This document shows, in pieces, positions 49,310-62,622 of a stretch of DNA of 64,000 bases. Both the position numbers and the translations under genes were made by a program. The DNA is from the human T2T-CHM13v2.0 reference genome, Homo sapiens. The notes under the pieces are model-generated. The model made no database searches and was not told where the DNA came from. It saw only the letters and a list, made by a program, of their open reading frames with translations. The stretch is from NCBI RefSeq assembly GCF_009914755.1, contig NC_060939.1; one strand, given 5' to 3'. Each line of letters starts with the position of its first letter. Positions within the stretch are counted from its first letter, which is position 1.

Positions 49310-49639
49310 TCAGCTACCATGTTGTGAGGACATACACGCATCCTATGGAGGGGTTTGCGTAGTAAGAAATTAAGGTCTCCAACCCAAAGGCAGCAAGAAA
49401 CTGAGGTCTGCAAACAACCATGTGAGTGAGCTTGGAAGCCGATTCTCCAACTCCAATAAAGCTTTCAAATGACTGTAGCCCCGGCAACCATTTGACAGGA
49501 GGGATCTTGAGTCGGAACCACCCAGCTAAGATACTCCCAGATTCCTGGCCCACAGAAACTGTGAGATTATAAATGTTTGTTGGCTTAGGTTGCCATGTTT
49601 TAGGGGTAATTTGTTACACAGCACTAGATAACCAGTACA
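49310..49639 (+). mobile_element. MLT1D/E-like MaLR LTR, 3' part
   Basis: tgagtgagcttggaagc...cccagattcctg...cacagaaactgtgaga...taatttgttacacagca...agataac. Confidence 0.8.
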
Positions 49640-51564
49640 ATGATCTTGCAGGAAAATAATGACACCATGGAGGCGAGACTGAAAACTGTTTGAATAATCT
49701 GATAGAGAAATGCTGAGACCAAACCATTTAATAATGGGGATAAAAAAAAAACAGGTCAGATACAGATAGGGCAGAACAAATACTCATTTGGGGAACTCAA
49801 GGAAGAAGTGTAAAAGAACAATAACAGAGGAACTGAGGCTGGCTCTTCAATTTCTAGTTTAGGAGACTAGGTGGGTGATGAAACCATTAACTAAAGCAGA
49901 GAAAACATATAAAAGAAGGAATAAGTTTCAACAATAGGAGGAAGAAGGAAAGAAAAAGAAGAAAACCAGCAGGGAATAACAAATCCAGTAAAAATTGCAC
50001 TATGCTATGAGAGGTCACTGTGTCAGATTCTACAGTGATGTCAAGTACAATCAAAACTGGAGGTATGCCATTAGATTTCAAATTTAGGAGGACCACTTAT
50101 GAAGCAGCTTCCACAGCGTGACAGTAGAAAATACAGACACTGAAAAGTTAAGAAGTAAATGGAAGTTGACCAGGTAGCACCAAGAGATGTGGACTATTCT
50201 TTCAAGAAGTCTGACCTTTAAGGAGAAGAGGGAAACTGAGTGGTGTCTGTTTTAGAGTAAGATTAAAAAAAAAAATGAGGAAAAAGGCTTATTTGTATGT
50301 TCTGTTGGTTATTCATTGGTTCAATGGCTTTTTGATTCTGTTTTAGGACTAGAAGAGTTAAACATGGTAAGTTAAAGGGAAAGAGCCAGAGAGATTGAAG
50401 CTCTAGATGAAAAAATGGAATGACGAACAAACCAACAGCCAGGAACACAGTGAAAGGGATGGGATGTTACTGATTTTGGCCTCAGAGAATAAGAGTACCT
50501 TCCCTCCATCTAAAGTTAGAGGCAAGAGGCAGAGGATGAATGAACACAGTCAGGATGAAGCTTAGAAACAGAAGAAATGAATGTAAAAGGAATTCCTACC
50601 CTGTAGATTCATTTTCTCTGGAAAGGAAGACCAACCAAGACAGTGAAGGTCTTGCAGAAGATGGGAGATGAAGCACATAGTAATAGTTTGGAATCACCAT
50701 TTTGGAGAATGCAAGAGATTGCTAAACAATGCTGAGACTCCAACAGAAATTAAAAACCAAAATCCTTGCCTGTGTCAGTCAGCACAGTTATGTGATTTCC
50801 TCCCTCTACCCTCTGCATATCAGAGTAGAAAGAGACTACCAGATTTTCTTTGAGTATTTAACCCAAGCATCCAAGAGCAGAAGTATCATATATCTGAGTC
50901 TCACAGAAAAGGCACCTAGAAAAAAGTATTCTCAAATTTGAAAAAGCCTAATTGGTTATGATGTTGATGTTTTGTGTTTATATGCATTTCTATATTTGGA
51001 GCTAGAAACACAAGAGAGAAACGTGACAAAGACAAAAAGAATAACCTCTATCAAAAAGCAACCCTGTCACTAGATGTATTTGTCTCAAAGAATATTGAAT
51101 TCTACCTGTATTCATTAGATAAATGATAGAAACTAAGGGAAAACTCCTGGCGATGTAAAAGAGTTTTGATTTTTGCAACATGCCTCTAAAAAAACCCAAA
51201 AGTGACCCCTCAGTAATGGGATGGGACAGACTTTTAAAATACTTCAGAGATCTCTAGCAAGTACAATATTGTTTACTTCAAAATCCCAGTAAACTTGAGG
51301 TTAATATGTCTGGATTATAAGGTTCAAATGTGATATAAATCAATTTAATGTTGTTTTCAACTTTCTCTTGGAGTCAAGGCATCTTTTGTGTTTAGCACCT
51401 ATAAATAAAAGTAAATGCACTATCCAACCACAGTTATTTTCTTCATTTATTTGCTGTTGCTTATTTGTGATGTTATAAGCCAACTGGGATGGGTTCTGTG
51501 TTTTGGAAGCTGAAAACAGGTTGGAAATTGCCATTCAGCCATCAGCCCAAAGTCCTTAAGGTTA

Positions 51565-51833
51565 ATTTTTTGTTTGTTTGTTTGTGTTTTGGAGATAGGG
51601 TTTCACACAGTCACAAATGCTGCAGAGCAATGGCATGACTGCAGTCTCAAACTCGTGGACTCAAGCAATCCTCCCACCTCAGCCTCCTGATGCTTGGCTA
51701 ATTTTTAAATATTTTGTATAGACAAGGTCTTGCTAAGTAGCCCAGGTTGGTCTCGAACTCCTGGCTTCACGCAATCCTCCTGACTCCACTTCCCAAAGCG
51801 CTGGGATTACATGCATGAACCACCCACCCAACC
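51565..51833 (-). mobile_element. Alu (AluJ-like), internally deleted
   Basis: (TTTG)n tail; diverged dimer. Confidence 0.88.
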
Positions 51834-51982
51834 TGAAGCTAACTCTTAAATAAGAGGATAAGAAAAACTGACTAGAAAAGAAAAATATCCATCCTAAGAA
51901 TTTCTCCCTTTGTTTAAAGACAAAAAATGAAAAGAAAGAAAGTAGGTTTGGGTATATTGATAGGTATGCTGAAATAGGTCTG

Positions 51983-53389
51983 GCTTTAATAACGTGATCA
52001 TGCTTAAAATGATTCTCTCTGAATATAGCTTTCAAGTCCCTTGCAGCTCCAGCTTTCACATCATTAAGTCCACTGAATTTCCATGTTAGAACATCAGGAC
52101 TAATCTAACATTACAAGAAGTGTCTGCAGGGTGTAGAGCAGTCACATGACTCCAGAAATACAATGTGAACTCTATAGGTTTAAGCCAAAAATGTATGCCA
52201 GGAGCTTTAAAATTTTTTTAAATGCTTTAAGGCTTTTTAAAGTACTTATTGTAACTAGATGCTGCCACCTACTGGACAATTTACAAGTGCCTGAAACTGT
52301 GCTGGCAACAAAAAATTATACAGGAAAAAAAGGCAAAATTTTCCTGTTTTCCTAATAATACTTATAAAAATATCTTATTTAGAAATGTATGGCTATATAT
52401 GATTGATTAAAATAATTTTTAAATTTTTATACATTTCTAATTAAAACAGTAGCTGAGATCTAATGAGTAATGGGAAATTCATTTCATTGTAGAACAGATG
52501 AAAGTAGCTTCGTACCACCTTATGATAGTGCTTATGTTGAAATACCAGGAATATGAGACTTTCAAAAAATCCGTGGCATGAGGTCAAACTGGACTGTTGT
52601 GTTTCTAATTATTTCTTTCATACTTGCAGTGAAAATATTCTGCTAATAATACCAAGTTTAAGCTGATTATTCCAAAAGTTTCCTCTTTTAGAATAAGGTA
52701 ATAGTTATGTAGTCCAAAAAACAAATTAATATAATTAGGTTAATAATGCAGCCTAAAGTAAATGCTAACTACTTTTTTGTTTTTAAGAATTTAAAAAAAA
52801 CAGATATGTGTGGCAATAAATGACTCCAAAACATATGTCTATGAAGTAAACAGCAAGCAGGAAATTTCATTAAGGAATTTGGCTTTTCTGTAAAAGAACA
52901 ATCATCAAAAAAAGATTCTAATTAAATCTGAAGAAGCCAGTAATACAATAATGTTACCTCTTCATTTTGGTGAACTGGTCAAGTGTGAACTAATTAAGAC
53001 AGTCAGTAGCAAGAGTGAAGTGCAACAGACATCTGGTTCACCTAACAGTATCTTGTATTCCCTTTTCCTTTTACGTTGACCCTACTTTTGCATCTTACCT
53101 GCTTTGCACACACTGCCAATACATAATAACTAAGAAGTCTGAATCTAAAAATTGAAGCTTTAATAATGTCATCATGTTTAAAACAATGATTCTCTCTTAA
53201 CATAGCTTTCAAGCCCCTTGCAGCTCCAGCTTTCATATCATTAAGTCCACTTAATTTCCATGTTAGAACATCAGGACTAATCTAACATTATGGGAAGTGT
53301 CTACAGGGCCTACAGCAGTCACATAACTCCAGAAATACAATGTGAGCATAGATTTAAGTCAAATATACGGGCCAGGAGCTTTAAAAATT
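51983..53389. repeat. About 232-bp dispersed direct duplication (51983-52214 and 53157-53389)
   Basis: Shared atagctttcaag(t/c)cccttgcagctccagctttca...ccatgttagaacatcaggactaatctaacatta...ctccagaaatacaatgtga...gccaggagctttaaaa; offset about 1174 bp. Confidence 0.97.
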
Positions 53390-53979
53390 AAACATATTTG
53401 ACAGTTTTGATTTGGTTTTGAAAAAAGGGCAACTGAAAACAAATGTCTTGCCTTCCAGGACCAAAAGTTCACTGGGTAGTGAACTCTGTGACCGAAAAGC
53501 TTAATGTTAAAAGGCCACCATAGATCCACTTACAGAGTGGCCTGTCTTACATTGCTTGCTCCAGAGTCAACCACAAGCAGGTTTGGTCTTTCAGAAAAGC
53601 CCTACCCACTAGAAAAATCAGTATTTGACTCCTGGTTTCCAAACTATAGACATTGAGATACTATAATATCCAGAATCTCATTCCTGACACTGTCCATGGA
53701 TTTTTTTGAGGGGGGGGAATAAGGGGTATAGTCTCATTTCTATGAAGGTATAGAATTACTGATAAACATTGAATGAAATATATTAGTAAGTTGTACTTTT
53801 CCAAGCAGACTACGTTCATATACTGGTCTTTAGACATTTAAATAAATAAAAAAGCAGTTCATAAGCTATAGCTTTAGAGGTGCTTTTACAATCTCTTTTT
53901 TAAAAAATAATGTAGTCATTGCTAAACTCAGAAAAAAAATAGGTTTGAGAAAACCATGTTATTCCAAAATACTGCCCCA

Positions 53980-54765
53980 ATAAAATATATTACAAAGACA
54001 CAATAATCAAAATAGAGTGGTATTAACATCAGCACAGACAGAAATTTTAATGGAATAAAATAGAAAATCTGAAAATAAACCCAGTTCCTACACGATAAAG
54101 CTAGCATTTCAAATAAGTGGGGAAATGACAGATTATCCAATAAAGGGTCTTGGAATAGCTGGTTAGCAAATTGGGGGAAAAAAACAAAATCAACTCTCTA
54201 ACTCATATCTAATACCAAAATAAATCTCAAGTGGGTTAATATTTAAATTTTTTCATTAAATTATAACTGATGAAAGGAAAATATATATTTTTTATACAAT
54301 CTTGAGACATAAAAGGCCTTTTAAAGCAGAGTACCAATGAATGATAACATAAAAGAAATGACTAACTAGAGCAAGAAATGTCACAAAATTAAAAAAAAAG
54401 TTAGAAAAATGCTTATGGTGTTTGTGACAAATAATTAATATCCTTAATATTAAAAAAGTCTTTCAAATCAATAAAGAATACCTCACTTTATAAAAGAGAC
54501 TAAGACATGAGTAGGTAACTCACAACTTAGCTAAACCAAAGAATAAATCTATAACCTCCCTGATAATCAGAGAAATACAAATTATTGTGATTCCACTTTA
54601 AATAAACAAAGCTTAAAAATAACTACAAAATCCATCGTTGGCATAGAAAAATAATATTCAGATACAATGTGGGTAAGAGTCTAAATTGATTTCAATAAGT
54701 CAATGTGAATAAAAATCTTGTGAAAGTCCAACCCTGGACTAAGTATTTCTCTTCTAGGAATGTAT
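53980..54765 (+). mobile_element. Ancient L1M ORF2 3' remnant (appears to resume at about 55220-55385)
   Basis: aatggaataaaatagaaaat...ataccaaaataaatctc...taatcagagaaatacaaatta. Confidence 0.65.
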
Positions 54766-54770
54766 TTGAA

Positions 54771-55215
54771 AGTATACCCATTTTCTATAGCGGCCCTAAC
54801 AAATTACCACAAACTTGGTGGCTTCAAACAACAGAAGTTATTCTCTCACAGTTCTGGAGGCCAGAAATCCAGAATCAAGATGTCAGCAGGGCCACGTTCC
54901 CTCCAGAGGTTCTAGAGGAATTTCTGTTCCTCCCTCTTCCAGCTTCTGATGGTTGCCAGCAGGCTTGAGGCTGCATCACTCCAATCTCTGCCTCCGTCTT
55001 TGCAGCACCTTTTCCTCTTCCTTATCTACCTCTTCTCCCTCCATCTCTTTCTGATAAGGCTACCTATGATGGAATTTAGGGCCCATCTCAATATTCCAGG
55101 ACTTAATCACATCTGCAAAGACCCTTTTTCCAAATAAGGTAACATTCACAGGCTCTAGGGATTTGACATAGATATCTCTTGGGGGATTGGGGTGGATTTT
55201 TTTCAGCCAACCACA
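54771..55215 (-). mobile_element. MLT1C-like MaLR solo LTR
   Basis: aacaaattaccacaaacttggtggc...ctcacagttctggaggccagaa...acatctgcaaagaccctttttccaaataagg. Confidence 0.85.
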
Positions 55216-55454
55216 GAAGGTAATCATTGCAATAATTGACTAAGGATGTCACTGCAACATGTGTAATTTAAAAAATTGAAAAACTAAGGGAATAATCTAA
55301 ATGTTCAATAGAAGGGTATTAGTTAAACAAATGATGGCACATCCATCTAATGAATTAATATATAATCATTAAAAATAATGCTGATGCACATTGTTCCAGT
55401 TATCTATTGTTGGATTACAAAATCACCCAAATCTAGTGGCATATGGTAAAAATT

Positions 55455-56140
55455 ATTGCAGGCAAGATCTACTGATTGATGCTGAAATTAGTAGGTGAAA
55501 GCTGGAGAAGAAACAGGATATTTGCATAGTCTTAAAGCATCTCCCCCAAGATATGTATTAATTGTAAAAGAAAAAAATAGTAATTTTACAGTGCAGAAAA
55601 CCAGCAGACACCATCTTAACAAAGTGATCAAGGTGAAACATTACCAATAATAATATATAACAGCATTAGGTATACCAAGTGTGATTGACTGAGAAGGGCA
55701 CATAACTTCCAGAGTATGCTTGCCAAAATTCATAACTTTCATCTAATCATGAGAAAACATCACATAAACCAAAACTGAAGGACATTTTACAAAATAGCTG
55801 ACCAATACTCTCCCAAAGGGTCAACATCACGACAGACAAGGAAAGACTGAGGAACTATCACAGATTGGAGGAGATTAAGGAGACATGACAACGAAATGTA
55901 ACATGGGATCTTGGATTGGATACTAGTAAATAAAAAGGACATTAGTGGGAAAACTGGTAAATTTTTAAGAAAGTCTATACTTTAATTAATGGTATTATAC
56001 CAATGTTGATTTCTGAGTTTTGATCACTATGGTTATGTAAGATTAGGAGAAGCAGGGGGGAAGGGTATATGGAATTCTGTACTACTTATGCAAGTTTTCC
56101 ATAAATTTAAAATTATTTCAAAATAAAAAGTAAAAAATAA
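55455..56140 (+). mobile_element. L1MC/L1MD-like 3' UTR fragment
   Basis: atatttgcatagtc...gtgatcaagg...ctaatcatgagaaaacatca...caaaataaaaagt. Confidence 0.8.
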
Positions 56141-56153
56141 AACTTAATGGCAT

Positions 56154-57066
56154 ACAACAAATATGCAGAAAATGTTCAACCTCACTAATCATTCAGGAAA
56201 TACAAATTAACCACAATGAACTATCATCTCACTCCTGTCAGAATGGCTCTCACCAAAAACACAAAAGATAAATTGTTGGTGAGGATGTGGATTAAAGGAA
56301 ACCCTTGCAATCTGTTGGTGGGAATGTAAATTACTACAGCCATTATGGAAAAGTGTATGGAGGATCCTCAAAAAACTAAAAATAGAATTACCATATGATC
56401 CAGAAATCCCACCTCTGGGCATTTACCCAAAAGCTTTGGAATTCGTTTGTCAACGAGATGTCTGCTCTCCCATGCTCACTGCAGCACTACTCACAATAGC
56501 CAAGTTATGGAATAACCTAAGTATCCACCAACAGATGAATGGATAAAGAAAATGTGTTGTATAGACACCATGGAGTACTTTTCAGTCTTTAAAAAGAAGG
56601 AAATTCTATCATTTGCAACAACATGAATAGAATTAGAGGACATTATGCCAAGCAAAATAAACCAGACACAAAAAGACAAATACTACATGTTCCCATTTAT
56701 ATGTGGAATCCAAAACAATTGTACTCATAGAAGCAGAGTGGAATGGTGGTTACCAGAAGCTGGAGGATGGGAAAATGAGAAAATAATGGCCAAAGGGTAC
56801 AAAGTCTCAGTTAGACAGGAAGAATAAGGGTTTTTCTTTGAGATCTATTGCACGGTGTGGTGAATATCATCAATAAGGATGTATTGTACATTTCAAAATT
56901 GCTAAGAGGCTAAATTTCAAATGGTCTCACCATAAAAGATGTTAAGTATTTGAGGTGATGGATAGGCGAATTAGCTTGATTTAATTATTCTATATTGTAT
57001 TCATAAATCATAATATCATTTTGTACCCCATAAATATAAATTGTCAATTTACAATAAAAATTTTTA
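56154..57066 (+). mobile_element. L1MA-like 3' fragment
   Basis: ORF2 end and 3' UTR with AATAAA; TSD ttaatggcata(c/a)aaca. Confidence 0.9.
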
Positions 57067-57335
57067 AGTTAATGGCATAAAACAGTGAACACTTTATTAT
57101 GCTCATGCTTCTGTGGGCCAGGAATTTGAGGGACACAGCAGGAACAATTTATCTCTGCTCCACTATGAATGGGGCCTCAGATGGCTGGGTAGCTCCCTTT
57201 GGCTGGAGATGCCTGGAGCAGGTCAGGGGGCCGTATGTCTAGTCTTGGTTATTCTCTGCATTGTGTTTAGTGGAGCTGAAATGTCCAAGCTTGCTCTTTT
57301 ATTCAGTGTCTGCATTGAAACTGTTGAACAGTCAG

Positions 57336-57748
57336 TGTATCGGTTTCCTAGGGCTGCTATAACAATTTATCACAGGCTGGGTGGCTGAAAACAACGGAAA
57401 TTTATTCTCTACAGTTCTACAAGATATCTGAAATCAAGAGATATCTGAAATCAAGGTGTCAGCAGAGCATTCCTTCCGAATGATTCCTTGGGTCTTCCTA
57501 GCTTCTTTTGGCTTACAGCAATCCTTGCATTCCTTGGCTTGTAGCTACATCCCTCTATCTTCACACAGCCTTCTTCCCTGTGGCTCTATGTCTCTTTGTG
57601 TCCTCTCCTCTTTTTTAAAGGCCCACCCTAATCCAATAGACTTCATCTTAACTAAGTCTCTGCAAAGACCCTGTTTCCAAATAAAGACACATTCCAATGT
57701 TCCAAGTGGACATGAATTTGAGAGAGACATTACCAAAATCACTGTAGC
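57336..57748 (-). mobile_element. MLT1B/C-like LTR nested in the older MLT1
   Basis: tttcctagggctgct...tctgcaaagaccctgtttccaaataa; contains an exact 17-bp tandem duplication agatatctgaaatcaag (57422-57455). Confidence 0.78.
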
Positions 57749-59013
57749 CAGGAACTGGCCACCATCATCTTCTCTCTGCATAGCCCCTTCATATGGCTTG
57801 CTTGGGTTTCTCACAGCATGGCAGCCTTGGGTAACCTGACCTCTTACATAATGGCTGGCTTTCCTCTGAGTGAGCATTCTAAGGGAAGCAGAAACTGCCT
57901 GTTTTCTTAAAGACAAGGCCTGGAAATGGCATAGTATCATTTTTGCTGTAATATATCAATCAAAGTTGTTCCAGGATAGCCAAGACTGAAATGGGAGGGA
58001 AACATGGACTCCATCTCTAAATGAGGAGGAGAATGAACACAAATAAAGGGAAGGAACTAATGGCAGCCGTTTGGAAACAAACTACCACACACATCTATTA
58101 TTGACAGGTAAAGGTGCTCGTGAAATACAAATTAGTGGGGGAAAGGTTACAAAATACCATATACATATATAATTTGATCATATTTTTATTCTCAAAATAT
58201 ATACATGGATATTTGCATTAAACACATCTCAAAAGATAAAGAGTAAACTAAAATATTAATAGTGGTTATCTCTACAAGTTGAGAATTTAGCTGATAGTAA
58301 TTTTTTTTGTTTAACCAATATTTTCTTATATAGATTATACATGTGTTACCTCCGTAACGAAACAGAAGATGCAAAAAGTAAATGATCTATGAATTTAATA
58401 TAGGCCAGACTAGTATTTTTTGATGTTTCAACTAGAATATACAAAAATACAAAATGTTTCTAATCCCTAAAATTTTCACCATCATATAAATGGGTTAAAG
58501 GTTACATGACTCCATAATATTTCTGTTTTCAAAAAGGAAGATTCACAAATATACATACAAACAAAGGAGAAAGGCAGAAATAAATATGCAGAATTGGCTC
58601 ATCTCAAAAATATAGGACTGTGAGAGACCAGGAAATAGGACAAATCGGTCATAGATTTTAACAAAAGGAGTTCCACAGGCTCATAAGCAGTTAGGGAATT
58701 GTATGCAGAAAGTGGGGTCTAAAGACACCTAAAAGAGACAAGGAAGTAAAGGCAATGACATACTTTTGTCTATTTCCCAGTTTGTCCCTGCCCTGTCCCC
58801 CTTACCATCAAGCAGACACAAACACTTAAAGACACCAAAACATACCTAAGCTCGGAGTAGTTTCATATAATCCTACCTAATGTGATCAATTATTTCCCTA
58901 AAGAACAGTCAAACTCACAAAGAACAGGACAGAAAAACTGGATTGGGAATTTTACTTTAATCCAAATATTCCATGACTCAGATAAAAACAAAGTTGAATG
59001 ACATCTCCATCTA

Positions 59014-59112
<99 letters not shown>

Positions 59113-60435
59113 CTAATGAAAGGAAAATTAAAATTTAAACATGGGAAAAGAAGGCAACTATAATCATTGATTTTTTAAACTCCAACACGGCTCCCAATCA
59201 CATACGTACAAACGAGAAGTCTCAGGCTATTTTTTTTTTTGAGGAAATCTGTAAATCTCCTCTGTTCTCACAAAATTCTGTCAATGGGTATTCCCAGATA
59301 GAGTCAGAGTATATGCCTATCATTATATGATAATTACTTTGCTTAAAGTATCATAAGTTTCTGCTTGATATTTTTATAATCTGTGAGTAACCTAAAGATA
59401 CACCATAAAATTTAAAAATTTCAGACATTTCAACATTGTTACTATGTTTTATTATGTTTCCATTTATAATTCTTGCTTCAAAGGAAATAAAAACTTGCTT
59501 GAGATTCAGTAGGAAAAAGTGATAGGCTAACTTTTTCTGCTAAAATTTCCAGAAACGATTTCTCCAGTTTAAAGCATTGCATTTTGGATGTTTCTTTCTT
59601 TCCATCCCAGTGGACTTCCTGGGAACCTCATAAAAATGTATTTTTAATTACTACATTTTTAATTCACATTATTGCCTAGGAAACTTTCCCAGAAGTCAGT
59701 CAACTGTTCAAGGAGGACTTTATCAAAAATAACCAATCTCTTATGACAAGGTTCCTTACCTTAAAGGTGCTTTCCTTTGAGGGTCAAAATTGAAATATGA
59801 GCCAATGGCTATATACCAAGTCAATGCCAACATCTAGTCAACTTCAAGCCCTCAATATTATAGAGAATAAGAGGTCCAAGAAGGCCAAGGAAAGTTCATT
59901 GAGCACCAGGAATTTGTTGAGACAGAAGCAAATGAAGTATGGTCCCAGACCTCAAGCACTTCACAGCTTCCCAAAGATCTTGACCAGCACAGGAAACAGT
60001 CAACTCCCCAAAACTTGTTTGTCACAAAGGTTTACCCAAATAATAAAGCTAACCAGAGGGTTAAACTGTGTCTATTTATCTCCAAACTATAAGGCTGCTG
60101 AAGAAAAAGCAGATATACATACTTGATGAAAGCAGCTATTACACCCCTTCCTATTCCAGAGATGGAGGGGCCCAGCACTTTACCAGCCTGCTGCTGGTAA
60201 GAGACATGGTACCCTGGGCCTGTCCCTGGGGAGATGAACACGCCAGCGCAGTGCTTGAAATCTGAATGTTGCAGACCAAGTTTTCTTCTCAGGTTCCAGA
60301 AAAATATCACCCCATGACTCCTTCATATACACACATATACATACCACTGCCACTACCTCCACAAAATAAAGCAATCAAGGCAGGCCACAGTAACACCATG
60401 GTCCATGATTTTCTTACTCATCTTAGAGGAAATTC

Positions 60436-60741
60436 TTTCTTTTTTTTTTTTTTTTTTTTGAGTGTCTTGCTCTGTCAGCCAGGCTGGAGTGCAGTGACAT
60501 GATCATAGCTACTGCATAGCATTGAACTCCTGGGCTCAAGGGATCCTCCCACCTCAGCCTCCCAAGTAGCTAGGGCAACAAGCACGTACTACCATGCCTG
60601 GCTAATTTTTTAGGTTTTTTTTGTACAGATGGGGTCTCTTTATGTTGTCCAGGCTGGTCTCAAACTCCTGGCCTCAAGCAATCCTCCTGCCTCAGCCTCC
60701 CTAAGTGCTGGGATTACAGGTGTGAGCCACCATGCCCAGCC
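60436..60741 (-). mobile_element. Alu (AluJ-like)
   Basis: Full dimer starting about 48 bp downstream of the exon-4 donor. Confidence 0.94.
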
Positions 60742-60777
60742 AGGAGAATTTATTTCTTACATGTCAGCATAAGGTTA

Positions 60778-61255
<478 letters not shown>

Positions 61256-61584
61256 TCCTTCATTCTGTTATACTTTCTATGTTCATGACTAAAAAATAGG
61301 AAATAAGGAATAAGACAAGAATCCTGTCCTAAAGCTGCTTCAGACTAACTGAAAGAGAAGGCGTGTACACAAATGGCTACAGTAGAAAGCCGTAAGTCTT
61401 CAGTGACACAAAGTGGTTGCAACATATAGAAAGAAAAAAACTCAAAACAAGTACTCTATGTAGCTTGTATCTTTTTTCTATGCTGCTTCTTTTGTTCTAA
61501 TTTCTTAAAGTACAATTGATAGTCACTTATTTGAAATTAAGGACTCTTTAGAACTTCTGTCATTAACTTATGATTAACGATAAT

Positions 61585-61840
61585 AATAACTAACATTTAT
61601 AGAGTTACCTGATAGGCACAGTTTTAAGTGCTTTATTTTTAAACTTTATATCATTTAATGCTCATATTAACCCTCTGAGGTGGTATAATCACTGTTCTCA
61701 TTTTACAAATTAGTAAACTGAAGCTAATTTTTAACTGAGTTACACGTATGTCCAAGGTCATATAACTGGTAAATGCCAGTCAGGTTCCACCCAAATCTGT
61801 CTGACTGCAGAGCCAAAGTTCTTAGCCTCTTAGCCACAGA
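61585..61840 (-). mobile_element. MIR
   Basis: aacatttatagag...cattttacaaat...aaactgaag...ccaaggtca. Confidence 0.75.
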
Positions 61841-62029
61841 TAATATTCTCTCCATTTAAATCTGATGAAAGCTGATAATCCAGCAATGAATGAGCATGAA
61901 TGCTCAAACAGTAAGTCTCAGCCACCCCAGATTAGATCATTAGAAGTGGCATATTGTGCTAAGTAAGGCCAAATTTATCAACTTTTGAAAACCCAAAGGG
62001 TTAAGTGATGTTTCTCTATAATGTGCATC

Positions 62030-62340
<311 letters not shown>

Positions 62341-62622
62341 TCAATTCCATCATTTCCTCTTAGAGGAAAAAAAGAAAGAGGAAAGCAACTTATCCAAAAA
62401 GGATATTATTAATAAGGAGGTTCCTTGAATCTTATTGCTTATGTACTTCAAAAGCAACACCTTCTAGTTCTCATTCCCAACTGCCAATCCTAGCATTCTC
62501 AGGCTCCGTGAACATAGGTAGTCTATATAGCGGGCATTTTGAAGTAACTCATGCAGTACTAAAACAATATAAACAAATCCAATGTAAACTGTGTCAGCAG
62601 CTAATTTCAATTATAATATCTT

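Larger units (their letters stand above)
55392..58090 (-). mobile_element. MLT1F/G-like LTR fragmented by nested insertions
   Basis: Begins tgttccagttatctattg...; resumes at about 57070 (ttattatgctcatgcttctgtgggccaggaattt) and about 57750, ending actaccaca. Confidence 0.7.

Noticed and set aside
53040-53180. ATGATGA (box C-like) on the gene strand, suggesting an intronic C/D snoRNA
   Set aside because: No properly placed CTGA box D with a terminal stem was seen, and the motif is not kept in the other copy.
51733-53236. Paralogous ORFs MKAGAARDLKAIFRENH... and MKAGAARGLKAMLRENH...
   Set aside because: The similarity follows from the DNA duplication. One copy starts with GTG, the frames diverge outside the duplicated block and one runs into an Alu. 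No coding evidence.
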